Part shown: positions 1 through 8,857 of the stretch, one piece after another
How the letters are laid out: each line of letters begins with the position of its first letter
How positions within the stretch are numbered: the first letter of the stretch is position 1
The notes under the pieces: model-generated
Database searches by the model: none
What the model was told of the DNA's origin: nothing
Seen by the model: only the letters and a program-made list of their open reading frames with translations
Program-made: the position numbers and the translations under genes
From: Candidatus Bathyarchaeota archaeon
GTDB taxonomy: Archaea; Thermoproteota; Bathyarchaeia; TCS64
NCBI GenBank assembly: GCA_043826455.1
Contig: JBDRQD010000015.1
Coordinates: 1-64,000 of the forward strand
Length of the DNA: 64,000 nucleotides
Direction of reading: 5' to 3'

Positions 1-142
1 CATCATTAAACATGATACCTCTTGTTATTTACTTATTCTTATTAACTTATCATATGCATGTTATTGTATTAATATTTAGGTATCAATAAACCCATGAGAA
101 ATGTTATATTAATTTTCTCGATACACTATTATATTTTTAGAG

Positions 143-1948
143 ATGACTGAGATGGATGAGTTTTCGCTTCTGATTAAAAACGCAACCATAGTTGATGGCT
201 CCGGAAAACCAGCCTACAAGGGCTCCGTCGGGGTGAAGGAGAACAAAGTGGCGGCGATAGGCGACGTCAAAGGAGACTTCGCGAGGGAGATCGACGCCAA
301 GGGCTTGACCGCTGTCCCCGGATTCATAGACTCCCACAGCCACGGGGACATGGATGTCTTGTTCTTCCCCAAGTGTGAGAGCTACCTGCTCCAAGGAGTG
401 ACCACCATGGTGGCCGGCCAATGCGGCATGTCCCTGGCCCCCATCAAAGACAAGATCACCCTTCCGGGGATCGCTTCGGAGTACCTAGAGGATCTGGAAC
501 CCCACAAGTACTATCCAAAGAGAACGGTCTTGCCCAGGGACGAGGTAAACTCCCTCATGAAGGAGAAGTTCGGGTGGACCATAGACTGGCACAGCATGGA
601 GGACTGGTTCAAGGTCGTAGAGAAGAAGAAGATATCCCTGAACATGGCCACCCTCGTCGGCCACGTAACGGTGCGGCACACAGTAATGCAGGACGACTAT
701 GAGCGACCAGCCACCCAGGATGAGAGAGCCGAGATGGGGGCCCTCATCAAGCAGTCCCTGAAGGAGGGCTGCTACGGCATGTCCGTGGGCTTGGACTATG
801 ACCCGGACACCTTCGCTGATCACGAGGAGCTTGTGGAGCACTGCAAGATGGTCGCAGACCACGGCGGGATATTCGTACCCCACTCCCGGAGGACGGGGAG
901 GAGGCGCAACATAGCCGCAGGCCACAGGCAGCACGACAAGATCGACGGCATATTGGAGGTCATCGACCTGTGCAGGAAGTCAGGCGTCAAGATGAACATC
1001 GCCCACCTGTTCACCGGTTGGAACATCTCGCCCCAGGGCTACCCCAGCATCCTGGAGGAAGCTAACCGCAGGGCCACGCTGATGGTGATAGACGACGCCA
1101 GGAAGGAGGGCCTTGACATCAGCTTCGACCTGATCCCCAGCACCCTCACAGACGAGTTCGGGAGCGCCCAGTACCTGTGCGGCTCCTTCTCGCCCTGGGT
1201 CAGGGAGAAGGGGACCCGGACAGAGTTCGCCAAGTGGCTTAAGCTGGACGAGTACCGGCAGGAGATCAAGGACGCCATCAAGGCGGGTAAATGGTTCATC
1301 CGGGTGAACTATAACCCCAACACCAACCCCAGGTGGGCGGAGAACTACACGATCCTCCAGCACAGTGAGCCAGAGACATTGAACAAGACGATAGCGGTGA
1401 TCGCCGAGGAGAGGGGCAAGGACGCCTTCGACGTCTGGTTCGACCTCATCGTGGAAGACCCGGACGCCCTTTGCGGCCAGACCTTTGTGTACCCCAGCGG
1501 AACGCCCGACCTGAACGCGCCTTACCACAGCATCTTCTTCGAACACCCCCAGAGCTGCATCGGCATCGACACCGGCGTGGACGACTATAAGTACGAGTCC
1601 AAGAAGCCGACCGCGTACCGCCCCATGATGCTGTCCTACTCGGCTTTCCCGGCCTTCTTCGAGAAGTTCGTGAAGAAGGATAAGAAGTTCACCCTGGAGG
1701 AAGCCGTCCACAAGACCTCAACCCAGGCCGCGGTGCGCCACGGCATACAGGGCAGGGGAACCATAACCAGGGGCAGCTACGCCGACATAGTCCTCATGGA
1801 CCTGAACAAGGTGAAGGTCACCGCCACAGCCCTGAAGCCGCGGAACAAGCCCAAGGGAATTGAGTACGTGGTGGTTAACGGGGATGTAGTCGTGGAGAAT
1901 GGCAAGCACAACGGTGCCACACCCGGGAAGGTGCTGAGGAAGAAGTGA
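143..1948 (+). CDS. N-acyl-D-amino-acid deacylase (D-aminoacylase) family amidohydrolase
   Basis: N-terminal 'LLIKNATIVDGSG', PGFIDSHSH metal motif, GVTT...GQCG, C-terminal 'GSYADIV...VVVNG'. Confidence 0.85.
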   Translation: MTEMDEFSLLIKNATIVDGSGKPAYKGSVGVKENKVAAIGDVKGDFAREIDAKGLTAVPGFIDSHSHGDMDVLFFPKCESYLLQGVTTMVAGQCGMSLAPIKDKITLPGIASEYLEDLEPHKYYPKRTVLPRDEVNSLMKEKFGWTIDWHSMEDWFKVVEKKKISLNMATLVGHVTVRHTVMQDDYERPATQDERAEMGALIKQSLKEGCYGMSVGLDYDPDTFADHEELVEHCKMVADHGGIFVPHSRRTGRRRNIAAGHRQHDKIDGILEVIDLCRKSGVKMNIAHLFTGWNISPQGYPSILEEANRRATLMVIDDARKEGLDISFDLIPSTLTDEFGSAQYLCGSFSPWVREKGTRTEFAKWLKLDEYRQEIKDAIKAGKWFIRVNYNPNTNPRWAENYTILQHSEPETLNKTIAVIAEERGKDAFDVWFDLIVEDPDALCGQTFVYPSGTPDLNAPYHSIFFEHPQSCIGIDTGVDDYKYESKKPTAYRPMMLSYSAFPAFFEKFVKKDKKFTLEEAVHKTSTQAAVRHGIQGRGTITRGSYADIVLMDLNKVKVTATALKPRNKPKGIEYVVVNGDVVVENGKHNGATPGKVLRKK

Positions 1949-1990
1949 CCCATCCCCTCTTTTATCTTGGAAACATGGGAAGGTGAGAAA

Positions 1991-2800
1991 ATGATAATCG
2001 ATGCTCACGTGCACCTGATGGAGAAGAAGCCGGACAAAGAGTGGGTTCACACCCAGTGGCCGGGCCAGACACCCTACGGCATCACAGCCGAGGAGTACAT
2101 CAAGAAGATGGACGAGTGCAAGCCCAAGATCGATAAGGCCCTCGTCTTCGGTTTGTCAGGCCTAGCCAGCGACACACCCCAGAGGATGGTGGATGAGAAC
2201 AACTACATCATGGACGTCCTGAAGAGGCACCCCACCCGCTACATAGGGGCGGGGCTAGTCGACCCAAGCTGGGGCGACCGCGCCATAGAGGAGCTTCACA
2301 GGTTCGTGGAGAAGGGGCTGAGGGTCGTCAAGATCAGGTTCAGCTCCATGCACTACCACGCCAACTGCAAGGCCGGGCAGAGGTTGTTCGCCGAGATTGA
2401 GAAGCTTGGCGCCCTGCCCATCTGCCACAGCGACTGGACCCACTATAGCAACCCCCTAATGCTGGGGGACCTGGCCCGCATGTTCCCGAACCAAAAGATG
2501 CTCATGCAGCACTTCGGGGAGTACCTTAGCCTGGACGCTCTCAGCGTCTGCAAGAGCCTGGACAACGTGTACGTCGACACCAGCGCCCTCGTGCATCCCA
2601 AGAACATCGTCACTTTCATGGACGAGGTGGGCGAGGACAGAATACTCTTCGCGTCGGACACCCTGAGCATCAGAGGTGGCCTGCAGCCTCAGGACGCGCT
2701 GAACAGGGTCCTTTGCGTGGACCTGCCTAAGAAGAGGCTTGACAAGCTTCTGGGCGGCAACACGGTTAAACTGCTGAGCTCTGTGGGGATGAAAGCATGA
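1991..2800 (+). CDS. Amidohydro_2 family metal-dependent hydrolase
   Basis: IIDAHVH, HSD, QHFG, VYVDTS, ILFASD motifs; ATG at 1991 follows SD AGGTGA. Confidence 0.8.
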   Translation: MIIDAHVHLMEKKPDKEWVHTQWPGQTPYGITAEEYIKKMDECKPKIDKALVFGLSGLASDTPQRMVDENNYIMDVLKRHPTRYIGAGLVDPSWGDRAIEELHRFVEKGLRVVKIRFSSMHYHANCKAGQRLFAEIEKLGALPICHSDWTHYSNPLMLGDLARMFPNQKMLMQHFGEYLSLDALSVCKSLDNVYVDTSALVHPKNIVTFMDEVGEDRILFASDTLSIRGGLQPQDALNRVLCVDLPKKRLDKLLGGNTVKLLSSVGMKA

Positions 2801-3513
2801 AGATAGACGTCCACAACCACATAGGGTACGACCCCGCCTACGAGATCAAGCGGACAGCCGATGAGCTGGTAGAGGAGATGGACAAGGCGGGCGTCAATAA
2901 GTGCATAGTTTTCCCTTTCACCACGAACCCCGACCTCGTCGAGCAGAACAATCTGGTAAAGGCCGCCGTGGACAAGTACCCCGACAGGCTCATAGGTTTC
3001 TTCCTCATGAACCCTCGGCTCCCGGAGATGGTGAACCTCATGTATGGTTACAAGGAGCAAGGCTTCGCCGGCGTGGTCACGGATCCCAGGTTCGGGGTGG
3101 ACCACGGCTCCAAGCAGTTCCATGAGCTTGTGGAGTGCGCCCTGACCCTAGACCTGCCCGTGTGGCTCCACTCGGATGACAAGGACACCATGAGGGTGTA
3201 CATCTCACCCCTGGAATCTATGCTGGGCAAGTACCCCCAGGTCCGGTTCATACTGAGCAGCATGTACTACGACTCCACGGGCATAGCGGCCAAGTACAAG
3301 AACGTGTATCTAGATACGGCCACAGCCATGTCGGGTAGCATGGCAGCTGCAGTGACCCAGCCAGTGGGCACCCACAGGGTGCTCATGGGGGCCAACACGC
3401 CCTACGGGCTTCTGAGGCGAGAGATCGATAAGCTGGAGTACGCCGAGGAGCTGACTAGCTTCCAGAGGAAGCTGATATACTCGGAGAACTTGAAGCGGCT
3501 GCTTAAAATCTAA
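2797..3513 (+). CDS. Amidohydro_2 family protein, metal ligands partly degenerate
   Basis: IDVHNH, LHSD, VYLDTA, VLMGANTPY; ATGA overlap with upstream paralog. Confidence 0.75.
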   Translation: MKIDVHNHIGYDPAYEIKRTADELVEEMDKAGVNKCIVFPFTTNPDLVEQNNLVKAAVDKYPDRLIGFFLMNPRLPEMVNLMYGYKEQGFAGVVTDPRFGVDHGSKQFHELVECALTLDLPVWLHSDDKDTMRVYISPLESMLGKYPQVRFILSSMYYDSTGIAAKYKNVYLDTATAMSGSMAAAVTQPVGTHRVLMGANTPYGLLRREIDKLEYAEELTSFQRKLIYSENLKRLLKI

Positions 3514-3670
3514 TTTTTTTTTCTATATCTACATTCTGATGAAAATAAAGGCATGTGTTGTATGCATTCTTAGTCTGCTTACTGAAACCTCCGTCGAATA
3601 GCATGTGGAAAAGATATTACCAACCACTCCACTCTTATTGGAGCCCCCGCGCTCACTGGACGCTGGACAC

Positions 3671-5104
3671 ATGGAGATCAAACGAAAGGAGCTGCTGTCC
3701 GTAGGAATAGACGTAGGTACCACGACGTCTCACCTAGTCTTCTCCAGGCTGGTACTTCAGAACGACCCCTTCTCCAGGTCCAACAAGTACGAGATAGCTG
3801 AACGGCACATCCTCTACAGGGGGAGAATATTCATGACCCCTCTGAAGCCGGGCAACAAGGAGATCGACCTAGACGCTTTGGTCACTCTTCTGAGAAGCGA
3901 GTACGATGAGGCCGGGATAAACCTCTCGGACGTGGAGACGGGGGCCGTCATAGTCACTGGGGAGTCAGCCCGGAAGGAAAACGCCGAGATGATAGTGGAG
4001 CAGCTGTCAAGGGAGGGGGGAAGGTTCGTGGCGGCTACAGCGGGCCCCAACTTCGAGGCCGTGATATCCGCCTACGGGGCTGGGGCAGTCGAGTACTCCA
4101 AGCTGAACCGCTGCAGACTCATCCACAGCGACGCCGGCGGCGGCACATCCAACATCGCTGTAATAGACTCAGGCATCATAGTTGCGACGGCTTGTGTCAA
4201 CATAGGCGGTCGCCTTATCGCCTACAACCAGGACATGGAGATCACGAGGCTAGAAGACGCCGGCAGGCTGCTGCTGAGTGAGATTGGGCGAAAAGGCGAG
4301 ATGGGTGAAACGATCAGCGTCGAAGTTCTGGACGATGTGAGCCGCGTAATGGCCTCCATACTGTTAGACGTGTTAACCGGCGCCCCCGAAACCAAGTTAA
4401 CAAGGGCATTAATGATGACCCAGAGTCTGCCCCCCGCGGCCTTCAGGGGTGATGTCTACTACAGCTTCTCGGGAGGAGTCGCCGAGTACATATACGGATA
4501 TGAAGCCGGGAACTACGGCGACCTAGGGGACAGGCTGGGGCGCAGTATCAGGTCCACCGTAGATGAGAGGGGGCTCCAACTCGTGGCTCTCCCTGAGAGG
4601 ATAAGGGCCACCGTGATAGGTGCCAGCAGTTACACCCTTGAGGTGAGTGGCCCTACCACCTTCACGTCTCCAGGCTTCAAGCTACCACTAAGGAACATAC
4701 CCGTAACCTCGCCACAAATAGAGAAGGGGCGGCTCTCGTTTGGCTACGTGGAGAAACAGATCAGGGCAGCCTTGAAGAAGATCGACTTGGATGACAAACA
4801 CTCGCCCATCGCCCTCGCCTTCAGAGACCCCGTGAAAATGGACTACGCGAACCTGAAGGTCTTCGCCCGCGGGGTGGCCGCGGCTCTGCCTAAGAGAAGC
4901 GGGAGCGAGGTCCCCCTCATCCTCATCTTCGAGACGGACGTGGGCAACTCGGTGGGCAATGTCCTCGCCAGGGAGACGGGCCTTGTGAACGTGCTGGCCA
5001 TCGACGAGATTTCCCTCAAGGAGGGGGACTTCATAGACGTGGGTGAACCCATGAACGAGGGAGTCACATACCCCGTGGTGGTCAAGTCGCTTGTGTTCCA
5101 ATAG
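3671..5104 (+). CDS. eutA: EutA-family ethanolamine ammonia-lyase reactivating factor (ASKHA ATPase)
   Basis: LLSVGIDVGTTTSHLVFS, TGESARKENA, FVAATAGP, DAGGGTSN, RIRATVIGAS, PVVVKSLVF; likely start ATG 3671 (ORF track starts 3605). Confidence 0.85.
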   Translation: MEIKRKELLSVGIDVGTTTSHLVFSRLVLQNDPFSRSNKYEIAERHILYRGRIFMTPLKPGNKEIDLDALVTLLRSEYDEAGINLSDVETGAVIVTGESARKENAEMIVEQLSREGGRFVAATAGPNFEAVISAYGAGAVEYSKLNRCRLIHSDAGGGTSNIAVIDSGIIVATACVNIGGRLIAYNQDMEITRLEDAGRLLLSEIGRKGEMGETISVEVLDDVSRVMASILLDVLTGAPETKLTRALMMTQSLPPAAFRGDVYYSFSGGVAEYIYGYEAGNYGDLGDRLGRSIRSTVDERGLQLVALPERIRATVIGASSYTLEVSGPTTFTSPGFKLPLRNIPVTSPQIEKGRLSFGYVEKQIRAALKKIDLDDKHSPIALAFRDPVKMDYANLKVFARGVAAALPKRSGSEVPLILIFETDVGNSVGNVLARETGLVNVLAIDEISLKEGDFIDVGEPMNEGVTYPVVVKSLVFQ

Positions 5105-5193
5105 CACCTTATGTTTAAAAACGAGTGATTTTAACATGATTTTTTTTTATTAATATTTAATATTCGCGGTTCACATCGATTCACGGATACTTT

Positions 5194-5580
5194 ATGATAA
5201 GTTACATCAAGTTATTTGGCCCGCCCATTTACGACGCCATCAAGGTGCTTGAGAAGATTGCCATCGACATGCCCGAGGTGTGCATCATGGACACCATGAT
5301 CGCTGCCTCCGTCCCAGTGTCAGGTTATGGAACCGACGACAGGATGGGGGGCACCACGCTTGTCCCGGGCGGCGTCTACAACTACTTCCTCGAGATGGGT
5401 GAGATCACCCGTGAACGCTGCGACAATATCATCAGCAAGAGCGGTGAGAGACTCGGCGAGTACGACTTCTACTTTGAGTGGTTTACGAAGCCTAACATGG
5501 ATCAGATGAACGACCTGATACAAGCCATTGACAAGGCACTGGCCCCCACAGGCGTTAGATACTCAATAACCACAAAGTAA
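5194..5580 (+). CDS. Conserved hypothetical protein (128 aa)
   Basis: Clean ORF between AT-rich spacers, followed by a T-tract; globular alpha/beta-like sequence. Confidence 0.7.
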   Translation: MISYIKLFGPPIYDAIKVLEKIAIDMPEVCIMDTMIAASVPVSGYGTDDRMGGTTLVPGGVYNYFLEMGEITRERCDNIISKSGERLGEYDFYFEWFTKPNMDQMNDLIQAIDKALAPTGVRYSITTK

Positions 5581-5720
5581 CAATATACACACTTTTTTTT
5601 AAATTCATAGACGATAGATATTCCGCTCAGTCACGATCCCTTTAAAATCACTATATTACAAGTAGCTTGTAACAAACCCTAGGCCACACCTATAAAAGCC
5701 GCGACTCCCCACACCCAACC

Positions 5721-6179
5721 ATGTTTAAAACCATCCTAGCCGCAGTAGACGGCTCAAAACCCAGCCAACACGCCCTCCACCTAGCCGCCCAGCTAGCCAA
5801 ACAACAGGGCGCCCAGCTACACATAGTAACCGTGACCCCCCTCCTACCCGCCATAGCAGTAGACGGCTTCAGCCCAGAGTACCTACCCCAGTACCAGGAA
5901 GACTTGGAAAAAGCCATGCAACAGACCCTAGACAAGGCAGCAGAAGAAACAAGAAAAAACCACCCCAAACTCAAGGTCACCACCCACCTCAAAGAAGGAA
6001 GACCAGCCAAAAAGATCACAGAAACAGCCGCAGAGATAGACGCCGACCTCATAGTACTCGGCAGCAGAGGCACCAGCGGAATCCTCACCTGGGTCCTAGG
6101 CAGCGTCACCCGAGAAGTAGCCGACAGCTGCACCGTCCCCGTCCTCATAGCCAAAGACCAAACCTACTGCCAAGCGTAG
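5721..6179 (+). CDS. Universal stress protein (UspA family)
   Basis: ILAAVDGS start, DLIVLGSRG...LGSV ATP-binding motif, PVLI end. Confidence 0.92.
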   Translation: MFKTILAAVDGSKPSQHALHLAAQLAKQQGAQLHIVTVTPLLPAIAVDGFSPEYLPQYQEDLEKAMQQTLDKAAEETRKNHPKLKVTTHLKEGRPAKKITETAAEIDADLIVLGSRGTSGILTWVLGSVTREVADSCTVPVLIAKDQTYCQA

Positions 6180-6230
6180 CCCCCACCCACAAACAACACC
6201 ACAAATAGGGCCAGCATTTTATCTCAACCA

Positions 6231-6431
6231 ATGCAGCAGCTAACACACCCCACACTAGACGAAAACCACACCCTACGCCAGACAACACAGCTAATGATCG
6301 ACACAGGCACCTACACCATCACCGTCACCCGCCACGGCCACCCAACCGCAAACATTACCATACAGGACATCCTAAACGCCGCCCGAGCAGGAAAAAACAC
6401 CCGAGACACCCGCCTAGCAGACATACTATAA
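6231..6431 (+). CDS. Single, possibly degenerate CBS-domain protein
   Basis: Aligns by eye with the first CBS domain of 8249..8680 (TLRQTTQLMIDTG/TVREAARMMIDFG; ITIQDIL/VTYRDVL). Confidence 0.5.
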   Translation: MQQLTHPTLDENHTLRQTTQLMIDTGTYTITVTRHGHPTANITIQDILNAARAGKNTRDTRLADIL

Positions 6432-6477
6432 AACAAGCTTTATCACCCCAGAAACCAACAAAACCACAGAACAAACC

Positions 6478-6654
6478 ATGACCCCCCTCAAACCCGAGGA
6501 AAAAACAAGGATCACCATGGACCTCACCGACGCCGCCACCCGCATCACCGCCCAAGGCATAAGAGACCAGAACCCAGGCATCACCGAGGAACAAGTCATG
6601 GAAGAGCTAAGGAGACGCATCGCCCAAACTAGAAGACCCAGAAAAGAGGAGTAG
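6478..6654 (+). CDS. Small helical antitoxin-like protein (Rv0078B/MenA1-like), 58 aa, not in ORF track
   Basis: Manual translation MTPLKPEEKTRITMDLTDAATRITAQGIRDQNPGITEEQVMEELRRRIAQTRRPRKEE; directly precedes a nucleotidyltransferase. Confidence 0.65.
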   Translation: MTPLKPEEKTRITMDLTDAATRITAQGIRDQNPGITEEQVMEELRRRIAQTRRPRKEE

Positions 6655-6657
6655 ATT

Positions 6658-7186
6658 CTGGACACCTTCGAAGGGCTAATCAGAAGGCTCATCGCAAGCC
6701 TAAACGCCTCACGCCTAGACTACATGTTCACAGGCGCCGTAGCCGCCAGCTACTACGGAACACCTCGCACAACCATGGACGTGGATATCATCATACAGGC
6801 AACCCAAAAAGACGTAGCCAAACTGGCCGCCGCCCTCAAACACGCAGACATACACCACCAGGAGACCCAGATCAGCGCAGCCATATCCTCAGACTACCGG
6901 ATCCTCTCCCTCCACGACGCCCAAACACCCTACACAGTAGACATAATCCTCTCCAGCGAACCCCTGGAGAAACGAGTCGCCACCATAGCCGACCAACCCA
7001 CCTACATCCAGACACCCGAAGCCCTCATCCTGGCCAAGCTACGCATGATCAAGACCACCGTCCCAAGAGAAAGAGCAGGACGACATCAAAGCCATCCTCA
7101 GAAACACACAGGTAAACCTTAAAAACATCAAGAGAGGGGCGAAGAAAGAAGAAACCCTGCCCATCCTGGAAAACCTACTAAACTAG
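6658..7186 (+). pseudogene. Nucleotidyltransferase toxin-like gene with frameshift near 7078
   Basis: YMFTGAVAASYYGTPRTTMDVD NTase motif, PEALILAKL; plausible C-terminus DDIKAILRNTQVNLKNIKRGAKKEETLPILENLLN* is in the +1 frame; in-frame CTG start at 6658. Confidence 0.65.
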
Positions 7187-7250
7187 CCCGAGACACCGCC
7201 AGAAAAACACCTAATACCCAGCCACCGGGTACAAACCCAGAAAGCTCCTA

Positions 7251-7266
7251 AAAACCCCTTATAAGG
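7251..7266 (+). promoter_or_regulatory. Putative BRE/TATA promoter of tfb
   Basis: AAAACCCCTTATAAGG about 70 nt upstream of the tfb ATG. Confidence 0.45.
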
Positions 7267-7331
7267 ATTGTAGATCAAACCCACAAACACACCAATAAAA
7301 ACCCAGCCACCCCACAACAACCCTGATTCTC

Positions 7332-8252
7332 ATGGCGGCGGTCCTCCAGCGAAGAACATGCGAAGAATGCGGCTCCACCAAACTGGTAACCGACAACGAG
7401 ACCGGCGAGATCATCTGCACCGATTGCGGAGCCGTCGTAGCCGAGTCCCTCATAGACCACGGCCCAGAGTGGAGAGCCTTCGACCTCGACCAGCAGGAGA
7501 AGCTCACACGCGTCGGGGCACCCCTCACCCTCACCATCCACGACAAGGGTCTCAGCACAACCATCAGTTGGCAGAACCAGGACGCCACAGGCCGCAAACT
7601 CACCCCCGAGGAACAGGAGCGGCAGTACAGGCTACGTAAGTGGCAACGCCGCACCAGTAGCAACGACAGCACCCAGCGCAACCTCACCCACGCCCTCAGC
7701 GAGATGAACCGCATAGCCAACAAACTCAACCTACCCAAGAACACCACGGAGACAGCCGCCATGATCTACCGCCGAGCCATCACCAAGCAGCTCATCAGAG
7801 GCCGCACCATCCAGAGCGTAGTAGCCGCCGCCCTCTACATGGCAGCACGCCAGTGCAACGTAATGCGCAGCCTCGAGGACGTAGCCAAGGCCGCCAACAT
7901 CACCCGCAAAGAGGCCGCCCGCAACTACAGGTTCCTCTACAAGGAGCTGAAAACCGATGTACCACCCGTAGATCGGGACAGCCTCATCACCAAGTTCGTC
8001 AGCAAGCTCCGCATCAGCGGACCCACAGAGCAGCTGGCCCGCCGAATACTCGACCAGGCCAACGACCAGAAGCTCACCATAGGCCGAGCACCCGAAGGCA
8101 TAACGGCCGCATGCATCTACATAGCCTGCAAGCTCAACCACGAGGAGCGCACCCAGGGTGAGATAGCCAAGACCGCCCAGATCACAGAGGTCACCATACG
8201 CAACCGGTACAAGGAGCTCATCAAGAACCTGGACTTCGAGGTGCAGCTATGA
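7332..8252 (+). CDS. tfb: Transcription initiation factor IIB (TFB)
   Basis: Zn ribbon CEECG...CTDCG, GPEWRAF, RVGAP, HDKGLST, two cyclin repeats, TEVTIRNRYKEL. Confidence 0.97.
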   Translation: MAAVLQRRTCEECGSTKLVTDNETGEIICTDCGAVVAESLIDHGPEWRAFDLDQQEKLTRVGAPLTLTIHDKGLSTTISWQNQDATGRKLTPEEQERQYRLRKWQRRTSSNDSTQRNLTHALSEMNRIANKLNLPKNTTETAAMIYRRAITKQLIRGRTIQSVVAAALYMAARQCNVMRSLEDVAKAANITRKEAARNYRFLYKELKTDVPPVDRDSLITKFVSKLRISGPTEQLARRILDQANDQKLTIGRAPEGITAACIYIACKLNHEERTQGEIAKTAQITEVTIRNRYKELIKNLDFEVQL

Positions 8253-8680
8253 GGCTCCAGGTACGCCACGCCATGAACAGGGACCCCGTCACCATCGGCC
8301 ACGACTACACGGTCCGCGAGGCCGCCCGCATGATGATAGACTTCGGCCTAGAGACCCTCATAGTCACAGTGGAGGACGAGATCCTGGGCGCCGTCACCTA
8401 CCGAGACGTCCTGGACAGCCTCCTAAGCTCATCTTTCAACCCCGACAAGGTCACCATAGGCGACATCACCGACGAGGACCTCATCCTGGTCCGGCCCTCC
8501 ACGGCCTTGGGCGACGCCACAGAGATAATGCTGGAATCCGACAGGGGCACCCTCCCCGTCGTCGACCGGGAGCTAGTAGGCTACATAAGCTTCAGCGACA
8601 TACTGAAGTTGGTCCAGAGGACGACCCGGGACGAGGAGGAAGAGGATGAGGCCTTCGACCCCGGCTACTACATCGTGTAA
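8249..8680 (+). CDS. CBS-domain pair protein with acidic tail
   Basis: Two CBS motifs (LGAVTYRDV; LPVVD..LVGYISFSDIL); ATGA overlap with tfb. Confidence 0.88.
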   Translation: MRLQVRHAMNRDPVTIGHDYTVREAARMMIDFGLETLIVTVEDEILGAVTYRDVLDSLLSSSFNPDKVTIGDITDEDLILVRPSTALGDATEIMLESDRGTLPVVDRELVGYISFSDILKLVQRTTRDEEEEDEAFDPGYYIV

Positions 8681-8857
8681 ACTATTCAACGAGGTGAGCC
8701 CGTCAAAGGCGAGGCGCTTATCCGTCGTACATTGGATAAACCAGCCCACCACACCAAACATTTAGCGTTATTAGATAATATGTGTTGTTAATGGGAAGTA
8801 GTTGATTGAACATATCTCCATATTGTTTTTTATTATTATTAGGGAAAGTACACTGCT

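Noticed and set aside
6652..6657. In-frame TAG between antitoxin and toxin suggesting pyrrolysine/readthrough fusion
   Set aside because: Same frame occurs by chance one time in three; no pyl genes in the window and a separate CTG start is available.
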